Below, piece after piece: positions 1 through 13,535 of a stretch of DNA of 64,000 nt. The translations under genes were made by a program, and so were the position numbers. Each line of letters starts with the position of its first letter. Position 1 is the stretch's first letter. This stretch comes from Lytechinus pictus (Eukaryota). Below the pieces are notes generated by a model that saw only the letters and a program-made list of their open reading frames with translations, was not told the DNA's origin and did no database searches. The DNA is taken from NCBI RefSeq assembly GCF_037042905.1, contig NC_087247.1, forward strand, positions 31,310,001 to 31,374,000, given 5' to 3'.

Positions 1-961
1 GAAAAAAAAGCTTGCTTTTAAAATCCATGTTTTCTGGTGACTACGTGCCTATTTCAGGCTTGCTGATTTACTATCGGAACTATAAAAAAAAGATTCTGAG
101 AAAAAAATCAAAATAGGCCCTATATATTTTAAACAAGAATGTTATACAAATAAAGAAAGTTGTGTAAGATTTATCAAAATAATTAAAAGTGCATCATTTT
201 AAAACAGTATTCCGATGATGGAGCTACATGTAGTAGCTCCATGTGCTGTTGTATTACATGTACATCCCATCGCGTGATGCAAATTGATATACAAGAACTG
301 TAAATGCACACATATTCGTGCAAAGCTGCAGGAGCCCATTTTTTTAAAGCAGTATTTCTGCATTTATTAATAAATCAAAATTACAAATTTATAACAATGA
401 TATAAAATCAAACATACATACTGATCAAGTTACAAAGGTGACAATTGTATAGTAGTTAAGTAGATATATAGACATAATATTCATGTAAACAATAACAAAT
501 GAATTTAAATGCAGAGGCCAGCTATCGTAAGCTGAAAGCTTGAAATAATAGCAGCCAGGGGAAAAGAGGCTACATGGAAACCATAATAAAAATACCGGGT
601 CTTTATTATTTAAAAGTTGTGTCACTTATATTGATAGTGCAACTGCATTTTGTGGTAATTTTAAAAGATGGATAGGTTACCACAGGTAACCATTGGTATT
701 TTTAGAATTAATTATAGTCCTACAATATCAAACACTTGGACCTGTATTCCACATGTAGGCCCAAAATAATTTTTGATTTTTGAGGGCTACTTTTCACATT
801 CTGCCTAAATTTGCAATATCGAATTTGAATACCGGTATATATATTTTAATATATTTTAACATTGCAGTGATTTTCAGGGTCTCTTTGTTTTATTTTTCCA
901 GGGCTCTTTTTATCAATTTTTGAGAAAATTGCCCCAAACGCCGTGTAATTTCACCCTGAGC

Positions 962-1256
962 TGTATTCTGAAGTCGTAGACCATGTAACTCTATGCTAAA
1001 ATTAGGAGAAGCCAAAAAAGTTAATTTTTAATATTATATGTTTTCCTAATTTATTTTGTTTCCATGCTTTAATGATGAAGAAAACTATTTCATTTATTTT
1101 TCCCAGAAAGTTATGAATTATTCAAGTGTCAAAATGAGTTGATAGATTGAACCTGTGCTATTAGTTAATACAGATCCGTTACAATCAATTTGACTATCCA
1201 TGGTTAAATCACAACATTAGAGACCCAAGTTTGAATTAAATCAGAGTTTAGAGTAC
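962..1256 (-). mobile_element. Degenerate inverted copy of the 24481-24799 MITE
   Basis: Collinear by eye with the reverse complement of 24481-24799 (GTATTCTGAAGTC..TAGACCATG..CTAAAATT..GAAGCCAAAA..ATGAAGA..TTATGAAT..GTCAAA). Confidence 0.65.
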
Positions 1257-1554
1257 ATTTATAAACCATAGGTTTTTTTTTGGATGATTTGATGAAAAAG
1301 TCAGATTTTGATAATCGTTTTGTTTCAAATTTTAATATCCCATTAAAAAAATGTTAATAGTTTAGCAGTGAATTAATAGTGAACATGTACATGTACTTGT
1401 AGGGTCCATGGTTAGATCAACTTTAGTTTAAAAAAAAGTACATGTACTCACATCTCACAAAAACTTGTTTTGAAGTATACAGTAGCCTACATATACCTAT
1501 ACCATAAATTATTATACACTTTACAGTGCATACAGTATTACAATTTTTATGCAC

Positions 1555-2460
1555 ATTATTCATGTCGACGCTTGGATATTAAGAGACCTTTCGTTTTCTG
1601 CAATGAGCCATGTGGACGTACGAGAATAAGGAATTTTGGAAGCTCTGCGCATGTGTGAAGTAATCTGCGACGAGCCCCCTCGTTCACTGCCCAAATCTGT
1701 GACTCGTTGAGGGTTTTGACGTTTGGTGTCGAAGTGCTCGAATCAGCGCTAGGTGACACATCCTAGCTTAGCAAAAATGAATGAAGCCGCATCAACATTT
1801 CGAATTTTAGTGATTCAGCAGGCTGGTAAATGGGAAGACATTGCTTGTTACCAGCTTTTCCATCACATTTCTTGTGTCATGTTTTCAGCAACTACATATC
1901 TGGTAGGTAATTCATGTTCTATTTCCAAACATCTGTATTTTTTGGGGGCTTTTGCGCCACATTTGCACACCCAGCTTCCAGAGCTCAGCTTGCGACAGCG
2001 CTCAGCGGGCATGGCAGCCTGACTCTACCAGGGTTGCGGCGATTAACTCCATCGAGATCCGCTATTCATGCATCTCTCCTCAAAATACATGTTTTCAGTG
2101 TATTATCATAAAACTGTGGAAGTTATGTATCTCCTGATATCATTTTAAATTGTTGTATACCGGTACACTGTGGGATTCATATTGGTACATGTTCTCACTA
2201 CGTAAAAATGTTTTCAACTTTCAAGCATTCAAAGAGTGCAAATGCTGCACCCTCAAGTCGTTTTCTGCAACTACGCCTGATCCTCCGGCCGAGCATTGGC
2301 TCATGGCCTGCTCGCTATCATGCTGGTCTATGCTGTGGCCTAGTACGGGTAAGTCGACTGAAATTGAAACTGTTTTCATCATTGTACGAACGTGATACTG
2401 AACGAGCGGTGTCACCACTTCCGGTCAACTAGGACTACATCGCAGTTGTAGAGAAACAAA
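1555..2460 (+). promoter_or_regulatory. CpG-rich promoter and probable non-coding first exon ending at 2348
   Basis: Sharp local rise in CpG density. NRF1-like TGCGCATGTG (~1646), ETS CACTTCCGG (~2416), consensus donor CGG|GTAAGT at 2348/2349. Confidence 0.55.
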
Positions 2461-2962
2461 AACTTGGTAGTATCAGGACGTTGCTTGCAAAGCCTTGCAC
2501 ATGTAAGATTAAAGATTTATGATGTACAGGTGATGTATGTCACTTTAATTCGAAATGTATTATAATCCTATAAGAATTTGCAATCAAATAATTTTGATAG
2601 ACACTTTTTAGTATAAATTTCTCATTTTGTATTTTGCAATGACATTCATTGCAATCGTAATCATAAAGATCATGACTTATTCATTCTTTACAGTTGAATG
2701 TGTTTCATATGCAGGGCAACATGGAAATGTATGTTCAAGGACATGCTATGTATGGTACATGTACATAGACATTGTCTTTATTCAGGTACATGTTGGTATT
2801 ATGGTTCCTCGGTATGGTTCTTTGCCCTTCCTCGTAACCATATTTACATGTCCGTACATGTAGTGAAACTCAATAGAAAGGCAGTTCACCTCCTTTTTGT
2901 TCCTTCTGAATACATTTCTTTACCACAATTCATTCTCTGAACCAGTGTTGAGATACTACCAT

Positions 2963-2988
2963 TGTGTGTGCCTGTGTGTGTGTGTGTG
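2963..2988. repeat. (TG)n microsatellite, interrupted
   Basis: Direct reading. Confidence 0.8.
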
Positions 2989-5900
2989 ATTATGGAGTCC
3001 AATTATTAAATATAAAGCATGAATCACGAGGATCTCCCTTCTCCTTGGATGTCAGTTATTTCTCTCCCAAAGATTTACACATCCAGGGGCTATTTTCCCA
3101 TCTGATACCTTATACTTATTACAATTGATTCCCCCAGTAAACCTGCCCTGGCTCAAATTATTTCAGCTTTGCAGGGCAGTTGAGTGGGGAGGGGGACGCT
3201 GTAGGGGAGCCGAGGTCTTACTCCTTGATTTCAAGTTCATTTGAGTAAATGCATATAAAAAAAAGGGAAGCTTTATTATTCCTTTCGCAACAATCCAGTA
3301 AATGATGAGTTATGATTTTTCTGTGTACTTGTATGTAGTCATTATTTTTGAGTTGTTTGTTCGTACATGCATGTTGGCTCCAATGATCTATAATAATAAT
3401 TTGTGTATGGTTTACAAATGAATAGATTTATAGTTCTTTGAAATCAATTTCATAGTTGATGGACATTGATTTTTAAAGTTGAAGAAAAAATGGCATGCCG
3501 TAGAGTTCAGTAGACTGAGTAGCTTGAAAAAAAAATGATAGAAAAAATGTGCTTTGTTTGCTCATTTCTCATTGGCAATCACCTTTAGTACTGAGTAACC
3601 ATGTTGGTATGCAAAGATATCATAGAGCTGAAGCTATTCTTGAATTTGTTTCACCTTGGTGAAACTTTGCCCTTGGCAGTATTAAGTTGAACCTGACAGC
3701 GGTACCCCAAAATCTGTCTTTCATAATGTTTCAGCCATCCCATGTTCGAAGTTTACTATTTGTATCTCTGCAAGCCTTCCTATTCCAGTGAAACTAAACC
3801 ATCCTTTCTATTTTTACTTTCCCAAACACACAAGGTGGGTCTCCACCAGAACAAAGTGGTTGCACTTGTCTGATTCAAGGTGTTCATTTGAAACAAGTTT
3901 CAGTTTGCATGATGTCTTTGTCATAGCGAATTCCGATCAAAGTTTGGACTGCGAGCACGAGACCAACATTGTTGCGCATGCATTTGCATGTATGATGCTT
4001 GTCCTGTATGCCCATGTAACTGTATGTGGCATGCATAGGGCTTAACTATAAAGGTATGATGAAGACACTTCCGTTTTCAGCAAACAGAAGGATAATTTGT
4101 CATTTCGCTGGCTATTCTGGAAATATGTTGAGGGTGTTTCTGGCTGACCTTTTTTAAAGCTAAATACAATGTAGCAATCTTGATAAGAAAATTAACCTGT
4201 TATTCTTTGATCGAAATTCATCGGATCAGCAATAGTGGGCTAGAGAGCACCCACTTGGTTCTGGTGAAGATGCGGCTCTTTGTTGATAACTATGCTTCAG
4301 GTCATTTGAGGTTGCCAAGGTCAAGTAATAGATACCTAGCTTCCAGGGATTCTAATTCTGGGCAGGGGGTGCTGAAACAAATAAATATGGCTGAGTAGAT
4401 GTCTTTTCATTTTATGCAGGCGCATTATGATCCCTCCTTTCTTTCTTACCCCTTACCCTGTCAAGATCTTTTGTCCAGACAAAAACATTTTGGCTTGCCA
4501 AAGACAAAGGCCAGGCAAAAACGTTGGTGGGAAAGGATCAGGCTAAAATATCTGTTCCCACACTTACATGTACGTGTGCTATTCTATTGTGGAAGGCGTT
4601 TTGGCCAGCCTGAATTTTGCTTTCTTTTTCTTTCCTTCTCTCAAAAATCAAGTATTGAGACTTATCATTATGGGAATAAATAAGAATACTCGATCTTCTT
4701 AATAGCTGCCATTTAAAAAGAAATATTATTTACATTTAACTTACATTTTAACATTTTTTTTGGTTCTTTTAAATTCGTAACATGCCATTTCCTAGGTAAT
4801 AATGAAGATTATCAATAACATTTATCTGGGAATTATGAAGATTTCTTTTTAACCGGGAAAGGGGGGGGGGGGCTTTACTTCAAGGGAGAAAAAAAGTTTG
4901 AATTTTGTTCCTATAGTATAGACCAGCGATGAAATGCAGACTGTAGTAGTAGTGCATGCCATAAATTAGTTTCAATTGGTCTGTCAGATGCCCGTCTGTC
5001 TCTGAAGTCCCATAGGCACCTATGAATGTCATGTTTACCGAAACGCTTTGAACTTTTGCCCCCCAATGCACATACCCTTGAAACTCTGAATGCTTTCATG
5101 TTCATTCATACCTTTCAACAACCAATATGGTGCCTTTCAAAATTGTGTCTTTTCCTGTTGGATTATCCCATGTGCTCCAGAATGATAGAGGCCTCTCAAC
5201 CATTCTGAATTAGGAGGAAAGAATCTGAAATTATATCGTTCAGAACTCTTTAATAATCTAGTTCATCTAGTTTTTATATGATTTTCCACTAATATATTAA
5301 TAGTTTTATGGTACACTCGTATGGGAAATGTACTTACCTATGTAATTTTGAACCTTTTTTCCGCCGAATCCTCTCAGTCAGAAATGTTTGGTCTGTATTA
5401 TACAAAGCATATAGTCAGTGTTTTTACTATTTTTTTTTGTTCTGAGCCAATGGGATGCAAGGATTTCAGTAGCTTACAGCAGTTATCAGTGAAAAACCAT
5501 TGACTATTTGTTTCATGAAATGCTACCCAGATCTGTGATTGGCAGCATTCAAAGAAAGGTAACCCCTTCACTTCGACTTCAGTAAACATCAATTGATTTT
5601 GTATACATCAGGTTTTCACACCATACAATAAGGCACATAACCACACATGCCCCCTAAATGCCCCCAAGTTTCACTGTATTCTCCCCTTTATACACTATGT
5701 ACAAGTCTTTTCTTATCCACAACAATAGAGCCAGACATTTCCATCAAAGGTTCCTTTGATCTTTTCATTTGCATGATAAAAGGGGGAGGTTTCTTCTTTC
5801 TTTACTTCATCATAATACTTTTTGCCCATTCACTTATTCTTGAAAGGGTCTAATAAACTTTGTTGCCTAGTCTTCAGTTCAGTTGTAATTTTTCAATAAA

Positions 5901-8900
5901 TGAATCAATGAACCATATGCAGCATGGTTTATTTATGGGATTTCAAGAATATATTAGGGTTTCAGGAGTCCATAACTTGAAAATCCACTAAATTACCACT
6001 TCCCTATTAAACATTTTGAAAAAATAAATGGGTATTTAAATATCAAACAAAAATTTACTTTTCAATTTATGATGCCAACATTCATATTGCAGTTAACAGA
6101 TGAGATTCCTATGGGCAAAGCCCGGGGAGGGCAACATGGCAAATGTTTACCTCATTGGTCTCGGATTGAAAGTAGCGAGCGAAATGTGACTTATTTATCT
6201 GCTAAAATGTCTTGTATAGGTAATGATACAAAATGTGTGTTTTATTGGATAAATTTTACATGAATATTTGTTTGGGTTGTAAGATGGATAGTTTTTGTTT
6301 CATTTGTAATGCTTAATATAAAACCACTTCTCAATAGTCATATGGCTGAAAATTTTAGGATAGAATCTTTGTTTACTGCTTTTTTGTAATTTTTACCCGT
6401 GAATTTGTATCTAATTGATATTACATGTAGGCCTACTTTGTATTATGTTTGAATGCAAATGAAATGGTGAATTGAATGTAACTGATATCCAATCATTATT
6501 TATTTGTATTATGTGTTTGAAGGTCCCCTGAGAAAGAACCTAAAGAAAACATTACAGAAATTAAAGGTTGCTTTAATAGGCCTAGGCCTATATGTTTTTT
6601 TTTCACAAAGAATGGACAGATAAAAATGAATATTAGTATGTATATTCAACATCCACTACAAAGGTTGTAATGTTAATAGCTGACACTGGAGTATTAATAG
6701 CCCTTTTATCACAGGCTTATATGAAGAAAGCTTGAAAAGAATAATGCTCTTACCTTTCCAAGTACTACTCTGTTGATATACCCCTTTAAAACGAAAGGTG
6801 GACAATGAACCATACCAACCATGCATGACTCATATGAAGATGACAAGACCTGTTTACACGGGGGCAGTGTGATGGTCAGCCCTCCTTTGAAATGACCATC
6901 GATTATATAGACCCCTGCTTCCTGACCTCAAAGCACGCATGCATGCATATATAGGCATTAATCATTCAGGGGATCTATGGTGGCTCTTCTGATCTTTTTT
7001 TACACAAATTATTGATTACTTTTTACCAGTATTAAAGATCTCATGCTAGTTGGACTGCTTTATTATCAAGGAGGCTAGTACACCAGCAAGTAGGTGGTAT
7101 ACAGTATGTCATGTTAATCATTCAGATAAAAAGATTAATAGACATGCACATGACATCATAACTTTTGAGACAAATGGTAAGTTTATTATATAGGGCATCC
7201 ATGTGGAATGCACACATGACAGTGAATTTACGAGACCAATGGTAAATTTGGTGACACGGTATACGCTATATGCTCCTGTGACATTTTCTCTGGTCTTAAT
7301 ATCTCAGAGGGCATGGGGTTAGAGTTAGGATTGTAATAGAGTTTTTGGTTCAGAATAATGCAAACCTAATGCAAAGATAAGGATTGGGATTTTGGAGGTT
7401 TGATTTTAGGTATGGCTTTATAACATGCATTGTTCATCAAATGGAGCAATTGTCGCCACAGCGAATGTCATGGAATCATGAATTTACATATGTAGACCAT
7501 ACATGCAACTACATAAAAACTGGAGAAGGAATGGTATAGGCCTATACTGAAAGTGGGATATCAATGCAAACTGGAGATTGCATTTCCCTGATTCATGTAG
7601 GTTTATTACTTTTTATCATGACTTGTAAAAGGTGAGTGATTAGTAAAATCTTTGCACATAGTGAAATGTTCTTTTCTGGTATTTTCGCCACATTTTGCTT
7701 CCTCAGAATTTGAGTAAGGTCTGTTCATGGCTTAAATTTTTATATTCTAGGACAAGGTTGCTTTTCTCTCCAGGGCACATTTCTATAATACAGGACACAT
7801 GGAAATAATTAAAAAGGCCAGCCAAATCTCCTAGAATGTTTTGTAGAAAATGATGATTGTACAGAGTAATTAACCTCACCAGTGATATTTATTGTACATA
7901 CATGTACATGTATATATTTCAGTTGCTTGCAGCATGAATTGCTTACATGTATTGTAGGCCTACATGTACATATAGCGTGAACGTTTGGAGATGTTCATGA
8001 CCTTGATATTTGATCGTAGCCAGGAATAGATGGAACGGAACGAACCCTCTGATACCTCTCACGCCCTTTTCATGTCCACATACCAGTGATACCATGATCA
8101 GTCACAGTCACATTCCTCTAATCACCCCTTTTGTCCGCCATTCTTTGTCGGCAATCGACGATCAAACATGAATGTGTATACTGGAATGTACATGTAGGAT
8201 GGGGGTGTATTGACATTTTCATTGATCGGAGGTCAAACCTTGTTCATATGTACGCTAGCTCTCCATATAAAAGAATGTTGTGCTAGGGCTAATTACGGAT
8301 GTAATCTTGTCAACTATGCAAATCAATGAATGGGTGTTGTAAATTCAACAGTATTATGAAAAATATGCATCAATTCACTCATAGCACCCTTGAAAATAGT
8401 ACTGCAAAACGACTGTAATATTTTTCCCAGTAAACTCCTACCATCTCCCATATATATATTACTGTTGTGGCATTTTATATTGTGGTAATGTTAATATGAA
8501 CAGGGTATATGGTAGGTGATTATTGAATTCAATCATTTTCACATCACATTTAATTTTGTTAAATGCTGAAAATGTATGTACCATTTTGCTGCTGTTATTT
8601 CTGTTTTATAGTAAAAAACAAATTTAGAATAATTTCATACTTTTGTAGTGCGATTTTGTCATTCTCAGCTGATTGCATCATTCTACCGTAATTTACATCC
8701 CTATATATTGTAACAAACTGAAAATCATCGAAGAGCGATGGATAGCTCTATAAACTCTAAAAATAACAACAAAAACAACAACAACTGAGCATCAAGGTAG
8801 GTCCTTTGTACAGTAAACCTATATTTCTGCAACCATTGCAGCATTCAACGCAAAATATATATTCTTTGGTGCATTGTGTCATCAATGCAAATTGCTGAGT

Positions 8901-10183
8901 GTACCCAAATTATAGATGATTCATAAATGATCTCCGCTTTATCACGTTTTACAGTGAAGTTGTGAAAATCCCAGAATTTGTGATTGCTGCATAAAAGAAG
9001 TAATTCGCATATCGGGTGTGTTGTGGAAAGGACATGTACATGTGTAGACTTCAAGGGTATATTCTATAATTCTCTTTTGATTCTATTCCTCTGTGCAGAT
9101 ATATTTTCAGCCCTGAAATGAAAATGTAATGTACTTTGACAAGAAAAGATAAGTGCTTTTTAAATCCAGCTATTATGTTATTATTAGTATTATCATTATC
9201 ATCGTCGTAGTCGTCATCATCATCATTAGGTAAAAATGTACTTGATACTGCTTTTACTTTGAAGCAAAATGTAGATTGAGCTAATCAAGTATCATTACAT
9301 GTAAGTGATATTAAAAAAAGGGTGGGTTGGGAGAAGCTATCATTGGAAGGGATATTGTTTGTCCCCACCATGATAATTGCTGTTTTCACTGGTAATATAT
9401 TTGTAAAACTACATTTATAATGTGCACATATCCATTCCAAAATAAAAACATAACATGCAATGATACATAGGCCTATACAATATTAAGAGAAATTATGAGA
9501 CATGAGATAGGTATGCAGTTAAAATGATTATGGCATCATCATGCATAATAAAAAGAGATAATTTGCCAACCTTGCTCCCTCGACAGGATAATGACTTCCC
9601 ATCAGCGATTAAATGTTAATTTGGAGAAAGGTCTGAGTATCGAATGTTTGCCCTTTGTCCTTGGGCTTTTGCATCCAATCCTGGTGAAATTTGAGCAAAG
9701 GAGGAGGAACAGTATCAGGGGACTTCATTAGATATTCTGGTCAGCTACACAGCCTGCAACGGTATACAGAATATATTTCAAGTTGGTTGAAGGGGGTAGT
9801 GGACCTGTTGGATACTCTGCGATACAGTATTGGCAGTGGTTAATGTCGCACGTGAAACATGCTGAGAAATATTTTATATAAAATATAGCGTGAGCTCCGT
9901 AGGCTTATTCAGAAACTTCATTTCATATGCAATGGAAAACTTTGGTATGTCATATAAAGCGTCTTGTTTTATATCTGATTTTGATGAAATTTTTAGTGTT
10001 ATTTTACATAAATAACTATCATGAAAAGAGTTGTAAAGTTAAGTGATAAAAGGGCATCGTTTTTAAAAGAATTTTACATTTAATGATTGGAAGTTACTGT
10101 GCATTATTTGTTGTTTATGTAGATGTTCATCTAATTTGGCCTAACCTCCTTACCATGTAAAATAAAGAAAATGTTACACTTAC

Positions 10184-10437
10184 AGCAGGCTTTCAATTTC
10201 AGTATTTGGAGAAAAATGCCATTTTAAAAAAGGGCACAGTTATATATTACAGCACAAATGGGAAGATAAGAATTTTGTTAAGCAGGCCTTGAATGTCAAT
10301 GTTTTGAGGAAAAGGCCATTTTTCAAAAGGGCACATTTTCATATTTCAGCACAAATGGGGAAAAATGCACTAAAATATCCAAACCAGTGAAAGGGCCAAT
10401 TACGGCCAATCATGGCTTTGGATTCATTCAAGCCCTG
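10184..10437. repeat. Two ~97-bp tandem units in a hAT-like relic
   Basis: GCAGGC..GAAAA..GCCATTTT..AAAAGGGCACA..CAGCACAAATGGG occurs twice; the block ends AGCCCTG. Confidence 0.6.
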
Positions 10438-11675
10438 TTAATACAGAACAGGACTGAAGAAAGCAATGATTTGTTTTTATTAAGTGCAACCAAGCTTCAA
10501 AAGTCAGAGTCAAACACTGGCAATAGATAATGCAGAACACACATTGAAGTCATTCCCTCATCAAGAAATTGTAATTGCGTAAAAATGGCACCCTTGTGAT
10601 GAGAATTCTTATTGCAGTCAAATAGAATATGAGGGAAATGACGAGCAAAAGCAATCCAAGATTGATAACCGTTCACGGTTCCGTGCCCATGAGCAAACGC
10701 CAGGCATGTTTTCACCATCATCCCCCCACCCTCATTACGTCGCTACGTCACAATGTAGCACTGTGTAAATTCTATTGGGATGGTTATTAATGGTTCTACA
10801 TCGGTGCCATGGTTCTGCTTGCCTGCAACACGAGCGGGGGATGCATTCGTCTTTGCTGGCAAATTGGTCATTGGATGAAGGTGTCATCCACACTGCCTGG
10901 ACACTCGTAGCTTGACAGCCCGCAAGGGGATCCCATTGCATGGTTTTACCTAGGCTTACGCGTGTCTCTCCCCTGCCATCTGATCCGGGTTGTCTCTGAT
11001 TGATTCGCTCTGTCATCCGATTCCATACGAATGAACGGGAGATGGATTTGTTCATGCGCAGTGGACAAAACAGGGTGGGGTTTTCATATGTGGTTTCCTC
11101 TATCTGCGTGAAGAATTACCGAGATGATAATTTATCACGTATCAAATTTAAAAAACAAAAATATGTACAGTGCGCAGTGTGAGTTCAGAAACAAAGTTTA
11201 CTTGAATGGTTTACTCTTTGATATTCGTCAATAATTATCAAAATGAACAATGCAATAATATGATAAAGGATAACCTTATGAAATTTAGTGAAAAAAATGA
11301 TGTAAAATATATTGATTTATAATTGAAGCTACATCCGTACCAATTCAAACTGTACAATAGACTGGAAGCATATTAAATCAAAGAAAAAAAATCAAATAAT
11401 GGAGTAGATTATTTGATTGAACCCTAATGGTTATCACATTATACTTGGTCTTTGACAAAGTTTTCCAGTGTGGCCCTTGTCAAAATATTGTGCATGTACA
11501 TGTAGCTCAGGTTAATCTTACATACATGTCATGAATCGCTATTCACAAGAAATCAGATGTTTTGAAAATGGCTGAAACTAACATTTATTAAAATCCAACA
11601 TTGACTTGATGAAAACGAATAAAATCATACATGAAGGACAGACACATCAGTACCCTTTTGTAAAAAAAACCTGAA

Positions 11676-11677
<2 letters not shown>

Positions 11678-11708
<31 letters not shown>
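11678..11708. repeat. (TA)n microsatellite
   Basis: Direct reading. Confidence 0.95.
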
Positions 11709-11710
<2 letters not shown>

Positions 11711-11821
11711 AATTAAGTTGGGATGTATCAAGTTTAGGGAAAGTGCTCGATGTTTCAACTGAAGCAGAGCGTTGTAGAAATTTTCCTCACCTCTGGTCTA
11801 CATATATATATATATATATAT

Positions 11822-12040
11822 GGAGGTGCCGTGGCCGAGTGGTCTAAGGCGCCTGGCTATACATGGAAAGTCCGGGGTTCGATCCCCGGCCGCGGCACCT
11901 ATGCCCGTGAGCAAGGCATTTAATCTACAAAGCTCTTTTATCCTGCTTTCAAATAAATGGAAATGCTATATGCATTATTGGTAACTAGGTGTGCACTTGT
12001 TTAAATAAAAATAAAAAAATAATAATAATAAAAAAAAAAA
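11822..12040 (+). mobile_element. tRNA-derived SINE with an A-rich tail, inside a (TA)n tract
   Basis: A box TGGCCGAGTGG, B box GGTTCGATCCC, GCCCGTGAGCAAGGCATTTA core, A/AAT tail. Confidence 0.85.
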
Positions 12041-13199
12041 TATACATGTATATATATGTATATATATTAATAATTTTTTTTTTTTGGGGGGGGGGGTTCT
12101 GGCCCTCCCAAAATGTTCCATGACCAGGAAAATACAAAAGAAATATTAGTAGGAGAAAGTGAGAGAAAAGCTAGGGAAAATGGTGAAATATTGTAATATT
12201 TGTTGAATTTTATGTCAAAATATATTACAGAATTAGAATTTCATTTTAAGAAAGGCCAAAATTTTTGCTTGCTTGCTTGCTTTGATCGCTCATTGCTTTT
12301 TAGAATTTTTCCCACATTCACCATGATGTGCCCCCTCAAAAATTTAAGCCCTTTATGCCACTTACTCGAACCGTGATGAAAAATAAATTGAAAAACAATA
12401 TATTCACACTATGTGGCTATCTATGTTCATGTGATTGTTCCTGTACATTGCCTGTGTATTGTACATGATAACATCTGGTAAATCATGGGTTGTATAAAGA
12501 CAACATGGCGATTGATATTAATGTGGCTCTCTTTGTTGATATGATATCCAATCAATCTTCTTAAGTACATGTAGTTCATAATTTTACTCTCCCATATGCG
12601 GTTAGGCATGTGACCTCATATATGTCACACAGTTTCAAAGAATTGTATAGATTTTACCTGCCTAGAGGGGGCAGGCTGCATATGTACTATGTTTTTTTTT
12701 AATTGAGACTTTCATGTAGGTACCAACTGGATACTGTGTGTAACAAATGTTTAAACATACATTTGTATTTGAAAAAGTACTCACTACTAATAAAATACAA
12801 CTCAACTGAAAGAAATATGATCTACTGACAAATTATTATAAAAATACAAATTTTGCAGGAGAAGTATTGTACATGTACATGTAGATGATATCTCCACAAT
12901 TATTCAATCCTCTCCATGTATTTTTTTAAACCTTATAATACATGCAGAGTACATATTTTAATTATATCTAATTGAAGGGTTAGGAAGAGTGTTCTTTTGT
13001 AGCGCAGGGTCTCAGTATAGATGCTGTGAACCTGATTCCCCTGTCATGCGTGCATAACATACACATTGCCAAACACATAGAGCTAGCAGTTCCCTGGCGT
13101 GTACACTGACTGACTGGCAAGCTAGCGAGGTACATGTACATGTAGGCATTCATGCGATTCCTCTTGGTTGTGAACGTTTCACTGTGATCACTCCCTCCT

Positions 13200-13535
13200 C
13201 ACTCACTTGCCATTCAGTTCACCCACTACATGCACTGGAGTAAGGAGCTGGTTGTAGGAATCCCGTGCCCGTGAAATTTGATTGTGTGTCGCTGGTACCC
13301 AGAGAGCGATTGATATTGCCCATTTCCCCTCGAGGAAACAAATCGGCAGAGGTGATGTTGCGTTGATGATGATGATGATGACGGCGATGGTAGACTGGGC
13401 TTAATCTTCTGTGCTTTCTGGGGATGTTTATACGCATGAGGAGTAGTATTATTATTGAGAATAACGAGTGCACATGCTAAATCCACTAGAGGATTGAGGA
13501 AAAATACTTATTGCAGAGATTACACAGTTTTACAG
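13200..13535 (+). other. Candidate alternative non-coding 5' exon
   Basis: GC/CpG-elevated block with a (GAT)n tract ending in donor CAG|GTCAGT at 13535/13536; start approximate. Confidence 0.3.

Noticed and set aside
610-957. Degenerate CAGGGCTCTTTT-containing relics (also ~3085, ~16525, ~44590, ~54770)
   Set aside because: Probably old hAT-like MITEs, but too decayed to define boundaries or TSDs by eye.
11825-11899. tRNA gene
   Set aside because: The anticodon arm does not pair, the T-stem has a mismatch with extra bases before the acceptor strand, and a SINE core and A-rich tail follow. It is a SINE head.
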